Below are positions 37,048 to 44,823 of a stretch of 50,353 nt of DNA, piece by piece. Within the stretch, counting starts at the first letter, position 1; each line of letters begins with the position of its first letter. The stretch comes from Patescibacteria group bacterium (GTDB lineage Bacteria > Patescibacteriota > Microgenomatia > JAADGY01): contig JAJRVN010000026.1 in NCBI GenBank assembly GCA_024277325.1, positions 1 through 50,353 on the forward strand, written 5' to 3'. The notes below the pieces were generated by a model that saw only the letters and a program-made list of their open reading frames with translations, was not told where the DNA came from and did no database searches. Made by a program: the position numbers and the translations under genes.

Positions 37048-38232
37048 ATGAAGTCGATTAGCACTTTTATTGTCAGTTTCCTGGTTTTGATTTTATTGGC
37101 ATTTGGCTTTTTTCGTTTCACTAATGAGGTTAAGGGGGCTAATGATAAAGTCAATCTGAATCAGGAAATCGAAAAACTCCAGAACGAACTTAACCAAAAA
37201 CAACAGCAGATTAAAGAATTGGAACAGAAATTGGCTGATACCCTCAAACAAAAGCAAACCTTGGCCGGTCAAATCAGCTATTACAATGGCCAGATTAATT
37301 TGACCCAATATAAAATCGATCGGTTGCAAACCGAGGTTCAGCTTTTGGAAAAAAGCATAGACCTTTTGGATAACAAGATCGATATCTTGGATGTCTCTTT
37401 GCAGAAAGTTAAAAAAGTCCTTTCTGAAAGGTTGGTTCAGGAATATAAACTCTCAAGAGCCTCATCTTTTAGCTTTTTATCAAATAAGCCGTTTAATTAC
37501 GGCTTGTCGCTTCGCGTTTATATCGAGCGCCTGGCTAATGCTGACCGGAAAATGGTTAATCGATTGACCGAGATTAAGCGCGAATACCGAAACCAAAAAA
37601 CCGCCAAAGAAGAGAAAAAAGAACAATTAGACAAAGTCAAACAAAGCTTGGCTTACCAAAAAAAGGTTTTAAGCCAACAACAACATGAGAAAGAAAGGCT
37701 TTTGGAGATCACCAAGGGCAACGAAAAACATTATCAGGAAATGTTGGCAACTCTAAAGGCAGAGCAAGAAAACATGGCCAAGGCTTTAAACGGCCTTCTG
37801 GCTTCGATAAAGATTCAAAGCGGGCAGAAGGTTAAAAAAGGCGATATCATCGGCCGGCAAGGCAATACCGGCAAGGTTTATCCTCGGCCAACCACTAAGA
37901 ATCCAACCGCAGGTTCCCACCTTCACTTTATGGTCTTAACCTGCTTGAGCTATTACAAATGCTCGATAAACCCGGAGCCTTATCTGAATAACTCTAAATA
38001 TCACAACCCACTGAATTCTTGGCGGGTAACTCAAAAATTTGGCAAGACAGCTTATTCCTATGTTTATCCTGATGGCCGACATCATGGTTATGACATGGTT
38101 GATTATCATGGGGCGCCGGTTTATGCTATCGCCGATGGAGAGGTGTTTTACGGCACTGATGGCGCTGGTGGTAAATATGCCATTATTAAACATTCGGATA
38201 ATTTTTACTCGGCTTATTGGCATTTGCAATAG
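37048..38232 (+). CDS. coiled-coil M23/LytM-family peptidase (EnvC/PcsB-like FtsEX partner), with catalytic-domain segments in permuted order
   Basis: Signal/anchor, a ~220-aa coiled coil, then GDIIGRQGNTG...SHLHF...INPEPYL, followed by HHGYDMV...GAPVYAIADGEV...YWHLQ-stop. Confidence 0.8.
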   Translation: MKSISTFIVSFLVLILLAFGFFRFTNEVKGANDKVNLNQEIEKLQNELNQKQQQIKELEQKLADTLKQKQTLAGQISYYNGQINLTQYKIDRLQTEVQLLEKSIDLLDNKIDILDVSLQKVKKVLSERLVQEYKLSRASSFSFLSNKPFNYGLSLRVYIERLANADRKMVNRLTEIKREYRNQKTAKEEKKEQLDKVKQSLAYQKKVLSQQQHEKERLLEITKGNEKHYQEMLATLKAEQENMAKALNGLLASIKIQSGQKVKKGDIIGRQGNTGKVYPRPTTKNPTAGSHLHFMVLTCLSYYKCSINPEPYLNNSKYHNPLNSWRVTQKFGKTAYSYVYPDGRHHGYDMVDYHGAPVYAIADGEVFYGTDGAGGKYAIIKHSDNFYSAYWHLQ

Positions 38233-39382
38233 GCTAAAACTAAAAGGCAAAAGCTGGCCAAGCGATTTCATTTTTATCTTTTTATTAAGTTTTTTCTTTG
38301 TGCCAGCAGTTTTAGCCGATCAAAGTGACCTGAGCTTGAAATGGTTGTTGCCTAAACCTACTACAGGCAAAGAAGAGATCAAGATTATCAACAGATCAAA
38401 TAAGGATATTTTGCTTGAGGGCTGGCAAATAGATGATATAGACGGTGGTTCCAAGCCAATTGCATTAAGCGGCGTTATTAAAGCTGGTGGCAGCTTGGTC
38501 ATAGAACCGTCCGCTCCCATGTTTAATAATGCGGGAGATAGGTTGAGGTTGATTAAAGACGGGATTGTTCAAGAAGAAATCGAATACGATCAGGCTGACG
38601 TCGGCATGTATTGGTATAAAGATGAGGTTGACCGTTGGTGTTGGCTTGACAGCCAAAAGCTGGAAGATGGCCCTCTTTGTCCGGCAGCTAGTCCAACCCC
38701 AACCGCCATTCCCACTCCTATACCTACCGCCTATATTTATCCCTATGCAGCTTGTTTGGATCTTAAGATTATTAAAATTTACCCCTCGCCCCAAAAGGGC
38801 CAACAGGAAATGGTGATGATCTATAACCCGCATCAGTTTGAGGTTGACTTGTCAGGCTATCAAATCGATGATGAGCCAGGACATGGTCGGCCGATCGACC
38901 TGGTGGGATCTATTAAGGCGAATGGGGTTAAGGAAGTGATCTTGGCCAAATCTATTTTGAACAATTCTGGCGACCAAGCCAGATTGTTGTGCTTAAGTAG
39001 GGTGATAGACGGATTAGTTTATGATAGAGTTGATAAAGGTTATCTTTTGGTGCGAGACAAAACCGATAAGCTATGTATGTTACCTTACCCTTTTTGGCGA
39101 ACCGACTATCAAGATATAGACTGTTCGGTCAAGAATGACTTAGCTTTATTAAGCTATAAACAATCGCCACCAGTCAAGCCAAAAAGCCGGAGCCAACCCA
39201 AGAGCAGGGGACAAGTCTTGGCAAGTAGCGTCGCTTTGTTGCCCAAGCCCCAGCCATTTAAGGTTTATAACCGCCCCCAAGGTGAGCCAATCAAAAAGGC
39301 CACAGGCTTGAATACTTGGTTAAACTTAAATCTGGCCACTGTCTTGATCTGGCGCTTGGTTCGTCAAGTTTTGAAGCAATAG
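38177..39382 (+). CDS. double lamin-tail-domain (LTD) protein with N-terminal signal/anchor and C-terminal hydrophobic tail
   Basis: Two LTD-like modules (LLPKPTTGKEE-IKIINRS...LEGWQIDD...NNAGDRLRL and IYPSPQKGQQEMVMIYNP...LSGYQIDD...NNSGDQARLL) joined by a Pro/Thr linker. Start placed at ATG 38177. Confidence 0.6.
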   Translation: MPLLNIRIIFTRLIGICNRLKLKGKSWPSDFIFIFLLSFFFVPAVLADQSDLSLKWLLPKPTTGKEEIKIINRSNKDILLEGWQIDDIDGGSKPIALSGVIKAGGSLVIEPSAPMFNNAGDRLRLIKDGIVQEEIEYDQADVGMYWYKDEVDRWCWLDSQKLEDGPLCPAASPTPTAIPTPIPTAYIYPYAACLDLKIIKIYPSPQKGQQEMVMIYNPHQFEVDLSGYQIDDEPGHGRPIDLVGSIKANGVKEVILAKSILNNSGDQARLLCLSRVIDGLVYDRVDKGYLLVRDKTDKLCMLPYPFWRTDYQDIDCSVKNDLALLSYKQSPPVKPKSRSQPKSRGQVLASSVALLPKPQPFKVYNRPQGEPIKKATGLNTWLNLNLATVLIWRLVRQVLKQ

Positions 39383-39572
39383 GTTAAAGACTAATAAGTA
39401 AAACCAGCTAGAAAATTGGCCAACAAGATGAAGGCCGGTTGATAACCTATGATAATGCTTTGAGAGCAGTGAAGAGAGCTAAGTCAAAAAAGTAGACCTT
39501 AATTTAACCTGATTGATTCGGTTAGTTTTTCGAAGCCGGTTGAGATGTTTGGTTTTTTAGTATACTTAACTT

Positions 39573-39965
39573 ATGTTTGGTTCAAAAAAGACAGCCTGGC
39601 TAACTTTTGTAGCCTGGCTGGTTTTAATTTTTTATCTTTCAAGCCAGCCGGCATTCGTGGTTTCTGAAAAATCAACTTTAGACAACCTGGCCCATATAAT
39701 CGCCCACATGACAGAGTATGGCATCTTGGCTGTTTTAACTTATAATCTTTTAACTTTTTATTTATCAGATTTAACAGTTTGGTTTAGTTTTGGCTTTGGT
39801 TTGCTGTGGGCTTTGTCTGACGAATACCATCAATCTTTTGTGCCTACCAGAAGCGCTTCTTGGGCCGATGTTGCAAGTGACGCCGTATGGCTTATCTTAG
39901 GCTTGGTTATGGTTAAGTATGTTTTTCCAAGAACTAAGCTTAGGTATAAAGGCTTAAAAATTTGA
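39573..39965 (+). CDS. VanZ-like family membrane protein
   Basis: Four TM helices with an SDEYHQSFVPTRSASWADV motif. Confidence 0.7.
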   Translation: MFGSKKTAWLTFVAWLVLIFYLSSQPAFVVSEKSTLDNLAHIIAHMTEYGILAVLTYNLLTFYLSDLTVWFSFGFGLLWALSDEYHQSFVPTRSASWADVASDAVWLILGLVMVKYVFPRTKLRYKGLKI

Positions 39966-40035
39966 TGTCGGGCCTTACTCTACCTTAGTTGGATTTATAA
40001 ACCAAAGAAGGGTTCTTAAATGATATTATATAAGC

Positions 40036-41025
40036 ATGACTAAACCAAAGCTTCTTGTTACCGGCGGCACTGGATATGTTGGCAGTTTTACGGTTCGGGC
40101 ATTGCAGGACAAATACGAGATATTGATAGTAGACAATCTGCTTTATGGCCATGAAGATGCGGTCCCAAACATCAAAGTAGTCAAACTTGATTTGTCCAAC
40201 GGTCCGAGATTAAAAGAGTTAATGGCGGAATATAAGCCTGAAGCGGTAGTCCACTTTGCCGCTTATATCCAGGCCGGCGAGTCAGTTACTAACCCAACCA
40301 AGTATTTTGTCAATAATGTCAGTGGCAGTTTAAATCTGCTTAACGCCATGGTCGAGGCTGGGGTTAAGAAAATGGTTTTTTCTTCTTCAGCGGCGGTTTA
40401 TGGTAATCCGGAAAACTTGCCGATTAAAGAAAATCAAACAAAAAACCCGATTAACCCTTATGGGGACTCAAAACTTATGATAGAGATGATGCTTAAGCGC
40501 TATCACATGGCTTATGGCTTAAATTATGTCGCTCTAAGATATTTTAATGCTTGCGGGGCTGAGTTGGACGGCTCTTTTGGCGAAGATCATCGGCCGGAAA
40601 CCCACATTATACCTTTGCTAATTAGGGCTTATCTTAAAGGGGAAGAATTTATTATTTTTGGTAATGATTATAAAACCAAAGATGGGACTTGCGTTAGAGA
40701 TTATGTCCATGTTTTAGACTTGGCCGATGTCCACAAAGCGGCTTTAACGGCTTTGTTTGACGGCTTAACTACGGCCGAGTTTAACTGTGGCAGCGGAGTC
40801 GGGTTTTCAAACCTTGAAATCGTTAAGTCGTTAGAAGCGGTCACCGGCCAACCGGCGGTTTATAAATTTGGTTCCAGGCGGCCAGGTGACCCTGACAAGT
40901 TGGTGGCTGGAGTTGATAAAATTAAAGACCAATTAGGTTGGCAGGCTAAGTATTCAGACATAAAAACAATCACGTCCTCAGCTTTTAAATGGCACAAAAA
41001 CCATCCGTTAGGCTATAATAAATAA
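40036..41025 (+). CDS. galE: UDP-glucose 4-epimerase
   Basis: GGTGYVGS Rossmann motif, YGDSK catalytic Y-x3-K, 329 aa, typical GalE C-terminal segments. Confidence 0.85.
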   Translation: MTKPKLLVTGGTGYVGSFTVRALQDKYEILIVDNLLYGHEDAVPNIKVVKLDLSNGPRLKELMAEYKPEAVVHFAAYIQAGESVTNPTKYFVNNVSGSLNLLNAMVEAGVKKMVFSSSAAVYGNPENLPIKENQTKNPINPYGDSKLMIEMMLKRYHMAYGLNYVALRYFNACGAELDGSFGEDHRPETHIIPLLIRAYLKGEEFIIFGNDYKTKDGTCVRDYVHVLDLADVHKAALTALFDGLTTAEFNCGSGVGFSNLEIVKSLEAVTGQPAVYKFGSRRPGDPDKLVAGVDKIKDQLGWQAKYSDIKTITSSAFKWHKNHPLGYNK

Positions 41026-41044
41026 TATTAAAATTCTTTAAACA

Positions 41045-41500
41045 ATGACAAAACAGTATCCAGAACCGGTTGTTGGCGCTTATGTTTTAAATGATAAAAA
41101 CCAAGTTTTGTTGATCAGATCACCCAAATGGAGCAATGGTCAGTTATGGGTAGTAGCCGGTGGGCACATAGAAATGGGAGAATCAATAGAACAAGCTTTG
41201 GTTAGGGAAGTTAAAGAAGAGCTGGGGATTAAGGTCAAGTATGATAGAGTTTTTAATGTTTTAGAAGGTATTTTCCCTAAAAATTTTCATACAAAAAAGC
41301 ACTTTATCTACCTTCAAAGCCTATGCTGGATAGTGCCGGGAGAAGAAGTTAAAATAGACAATCAGGAAGTGGTTGAGGCCAAATGGTGGGCCGTTGATCA
41401 AGCTTTAAGTTTGGAGGAAAGTCAGCTATATCCCCAAACGAGGAAAAGCTTAAAAATACTAAAAAACATGATCGATTCAGGTTTATTGTTGAATAAATGA
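41045..41500 (+). CDS. NUDIX hydrolase
   Basis: Nudix box GGHIEMGESIEQALVREVKEELG. Confidence 0.8.
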   Translation: MTKQYPEPVVGAYVLNDKNQVLLIRSPKWSNGQLWVVAGGHIEMGESIEQALVREVKEELGIKVKYDRVFNVLEGIFPKNFHTKKHFIYLQSLCWIVPGEEVKIDNQEVVEAKWWAVDQALSLEESQLYPQTRKSLKILKNMIDSGLLLNK

Positions 41501-41519
41501 TTACACAAGTGAGGTCTTT

Positions 41520-42809
41520 ATGAAGCTAGCGGTTATTGGTACTGGATACGTAGGTCTGGTAACCTCTTCGGTTTTTGCTGATTTTGGTAATCAGGTGTTT
41601 GGGGTTGATATCGATGCCGACAAAATCAAAACCTTAAAATCGGGTAAAGTGCCGCTTTATGAACCTGGTTTGTCTGACCTCTTAATCAGAAACCAAACTT
41701 CAGGCCGTTTGGAGTTTACAACCAATTATTACCAAGCGGTTTCGGAAGCTGATGTTGTTTTTATTTGTGTTGGCACACCGTCAAATGCCAAAGGTGAGGC
41801 TGACCTTCAGTATGTCTTTTCTGCCAGCCAGTCTTTGGCCCCACATCTTAAAAACGGCGCTGTGGTGGTTATCAAGAGTACGGTGCCGCCTGGGGCTCAT
41901 CTTAAAGTCAAGCAGATAATAGATAAGGTTACCCAAGTCAAATACTTTTTGGCCAGCGTACCTGAGTTTTTGCGCGAAGGCAGTGCCATAGAGGATACCT
42001 TAAGGCCCGACCGGGTGGTGATCGGCACAAATAACCGGCAAGCCCAAAAACTTCTCTTAGACCTTCATCGCCCCATCAATGGCAAGCGCATCTTAACTGA
42101 CATAATTTCGGCCCAATTAATCAAATATACAGCCAATGCTTTCTTGGCTAGCAAGATTTCTTTTGCTAATGAAGTGGCCAGATTGTGCGACGCTTACGGG
42201 GCGGACGTGATGCAAGTTATGAAAGGTGTTGGCGAGGACAAGCGCATTGGCAAAGCGTTTTTGCACCCGGGCATAGGTTATGGTGGCAGTTGCTTCCCTA
42301 AAGATGTTAAAGCCATCTTGGCTTTTGGTCGGCAACAAGGCGTTAATTTGAGTGTGATCAACGGGGCTCATTTAACAAACCAAACCCAAGTTGATTATGT
42401 TATAGCCAAGATCAATAGTTATATTCCAAATTTAAAGGCAGCCAAAGTGGGAGTTTTAGGCTTGGCTTTTAAAGGCAACACGGATGACACCAGGGAGTCT
42501 CGAGCCTTATTACTGATCGAGGCGCTCTTGGCCAAAGGGTCAAAAATCTATGCTTACGATCCGATGGCGGCAGAGTATGTGCAAAAGTTTTATCCACAGC
42601 TAAAAATTAATTACCGCTCCAGTTGGCAGGATGTAGCTAAAGATGTAGAAATTTTGATCATCGCCACTGACTGGAATGAGTTTAAGGAACTAAGCCTAGA
42701 TGAATTGGGCAAAGTTTCTAACTTAAAATATATTTTTGATGGCAGAAATATCTTGAATCCCGATTCGGTTAAGCAAGCCGGCTTCAAATATATCGGCGTT
42801 GGCCGGTAG
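41520..42809 (+). CDS. ugd: UDP-glucose 6-dehydrogenase
   Basis: GTGYVGLV N-terminus and GGSCFPKD catalytic Cys motif; 429 aa. GAGG lies 7 nt upstream of the ATG. Confidence 0.9.
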   Translation: MKLAVIGTGYVGLVTSSVFADFGNQVFGVDIDADKIKTLKSGKVPLYEPGLSDLLIRNQTSGRLEFTTNYYQAVSEADVVFICVGTPSNAKGEADLQYVFSASQSLAPHLKNGAVVVIKSTVPPGAHLKVKQIIDKVTQVKYFLASVPEFLREGSAIEDTLRPDRVVIGTNNRQAQKLLLDLHRPINGKRILTDIISAQLIKYTANAFLASKISFANEVARLCDAYGADVMQVMKGVGEDKRIGKAFLHPGIGYGGSCFPKDVKAILAFGRQQGVNLSVINGAHLTNQTQVDYVIAKINSYIPNLKAAKVGVLGLAFKGNTDDTRESRALLLIEALLAKGSKIYAYDPMAAEYVQKFYPQLKINYRSSWQDVAKDVEILIIATDWNEFKELSLDELGKVSNLKYIFDGRNILNPDSVKQAGFKYIGVGR

Positions 42810-42883
42810 TGCGTCAAGGGATTTATTTTTGGACATGGTTATAAATGAGTTTGAATTTATTATCTTTTAGTTTAAAATAGATT

Positions 42884-43864
42884 ATGCTTTTAAAGACTAA
42901 AGCCAAGAAAAAAGCTCTGATAACCGGAGTTTTTGGCCAGGACGGTTCTTATCTGGCCGAGCTTTTAATTAAGAAAGGCTATCAAGTGACCGGCACTTAC
43001 TATCCTAACCGCCCTCGGCCGGAGTATGCCCAGTCTTTTGCCGATAAATTAGAGCTTAAACCGTTGGACATTAGCCAAACAAATAAATTAAACCAGGTTT
43101 TATCGGCTGATTACTACGACGAGATTTACAACTTAGCCGCTATAACTTTTATTCCTAAAGCCGATAGAACGCCGGTTATGGTGAAAGAGATTAACACAGA
43201 TGCGGTGGTTAATATTTTAGAGTTTTTAAGTAAGAATAAGCTTAGTAGCCGCTTTTTTCAACCGGCATCGGCCCATATCTTTGATTTTCACCAACCTATG
43301 CCCTTAAGTTTAAAATCCAAGATTAACCCTGACAAGCCTTATGCTATAAGCAAAGCTAGCAGTTTTTTTTGGACCAGGTTTTATCGTCAAACATATAACC
43401 TCTATGCCGTTAATGCGGTTTTATTTAACCATGAATCGGAAAGACGACCAAAAGATTTTGTCATTATGAAAATAATCCACCAGGCGGTTGAGATTAAATA
43501 TGGCTTAAGGCAAAGGATTAAGTTAGGTAATTTGGATATCGCTCGGGACTGGGGTTATGCGCCCGATTATGTTGAAGCTATTTGGCTGAGTCTTCAACAA
43601 AACAATCCGGAAGATGTTTTAATCGCTACTGGCAAGTCCCATGACTTAAAATCTGTTTTGGACTTGGTTTTTGATTTTCTTGAGCTTGGAAAGTGGGCTG
43701 AGTATGTTGAGGTTGATTCCGGCTTGATAAGACATGATGATGTCAAGGTTGTGTTTGGCGATCCAAAAGAAACCGCCAAACGCTTAAGTTGGCGGCCGGT
43801 CACCGAATTTAAAACCATGATCGGTAAGATAATTAAGTTTAAATTGGCGGAACTTAAGCCATGA
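42884..43864 (+). CDS. GDP-mannose 4,6-dehydratase-like SDR (divergent active site)
   Basis: GVFGQDGSYLAELL, YAISK, LFNHESERR and LGNLDIARDWGYAPDYV match the Gmd pattern. The Gmd STSE box reads ASAH here. Confidence 0.65.
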   Translation: MLLKTKAKKKALITGVFGQDGSYLAELLIKKGYQVTGTYYPNRPRPEYAQSFADKLELKPLDISQTNKLNQVLSADYYDEIYNLAAITFIPKADRTPVMVKEINTDAVVNILEFLSKNKLSSRFFQPASAHIFDFHQPMPLSLKSKINPDKPYAISKASSFFWTRFYRQTYNLYAVNAVLFNHESERRPKDFVIMKIIHQAVEIKYGLRQRIKLGNLDIARDWGYAPDYVEAIWLSLQQNNPEDVLIATGKSHDLKSVLDLVFDFLELGKWAEYVEVDSGLIRHDDVKVVFGDPKETAKRLSWRPVTEFKTMIGKIIKFKLAELKP

Positions 43865-44823
43865 AAACCATAGTCGTTACCGGCGCTGCCGGTTTTATCG
43901 CCAGCCATTTATCCAGAAAGTTAATGGATATGGGCTTTTTTGTTGTTGGCGTCGATAACTTTTTATCCGGCCAAGAGAGAAATATTGACTGGCTAAAGAG
44001 CTTTGGCAACTTTAACTTTGTTAACAAATCGGTCGAGGAGCTAACTTCATCGGATCTACCTTCTTCGATATGGGCCATGGCCCATTTAGCTTCTCCGGCT
44101 TCTCCGTCTGATTTTAGTAAAATTCCAGAAGAGATCATTTCTGTCAATACTTATGGGACTTTAAATTTATTAAAATTAGCCCAAAAGTTTCAGGCTCGGT
44201 TCTTATTCGCATCAACTAGTGAAATTTATGGTGACCCCCTAGTTCATCCACAGCCGGAAACTTATTGGGGTAACGTCAATCCCCAAGGGGTAAGATCGGT
44301 CTATGATGAGGCTAAACGCTTAGGAGAAACTTATGTTAGCCTGTTTCGTCGTTGCTATGACCTGGATAGTCGGATTGTTAGGATCTTTAATACCTATGGT
44401 CCGAGAATGCGCTTGAATGATGGCCGGGTTATCACTAACTTTGTCCAAGCTGTTTTGTCTGGCCAGCCGCTTAAAATATATGGTGACGGGAACCAAACCC
44501 GGTCGTTTTGTTATGTTGATGACTTGGTGGAAGGCTTAACTGTTTTGATTTTAAAAGATGATTTGGTCGGTCAAACCGTTAACTTAGGCAATGATGTCGA
44601 GATTAGTGTCAATCAATTAGCAGCTGTCTTTGAAGAGGTGCTCAATCGAAAATTAGACAAAAGATTAGCCCCACTGCCATCCGCCGATGATCCTAAAAGG
44701 CGCCGGCCGGATTTGGCCAAAGCCAGAAAATTGTTAAACTACTGGCCAAAGGTTAGTCTTAAACAAGGCCTGGCCAAAACTTATCAATACTTTAAAGAAC
44801 TTAACTATGTCGATGACAAGTAA
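43861..44823 (+). CDS. UDP-glucuronate decarboxylase (UDP-xylose synthase)-like SDR
   Basis: GAAGFIASH, YDEAKR, RIFNTYGPRM and GDGNQTRSFCYVDDLV are typical of the UXS/ArnA-decarboxylase family. Confidence 0.75.
   Translation: MKTIVVTGAAGFIASHLSRKLMDMGFFVVGVDNFLSGQERNIDWLKSFGNFNFVNKSVEELTSSDLPSSIWAMAHLASPASPSDFSKIPEEIISVNTYGTLNLLKLAQKFQARFLFASTSEIYGDPLVHPQPETYWGNVNPQGVRSVYDEAKRLGETYVSLFRRCYDLDSRIVRIFNTYGPRMRLNDGRVITNFVQAVLSGQPLKIYGDGNQTRSFCYVDDLVEGLTVLILKDDLVGQTVNLGNDVEISVNQLAAVFEEVLNRKLDKRLAPLPSADDPKRRRPDLAKARKLLNYWPKVSLKQGLAKTYQYFKELNYVDDK

Noticed and set aside
38039-38176. The upstream part of ORF 38039-39382 as the true N-terminus of the LTD protein
   Set aside because: That stretch runs out of frame through the conserved M23 catalytic segment and translates to Met-rich nonsense. 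The signal-peptide-like sequence begins only after ATG 38177.
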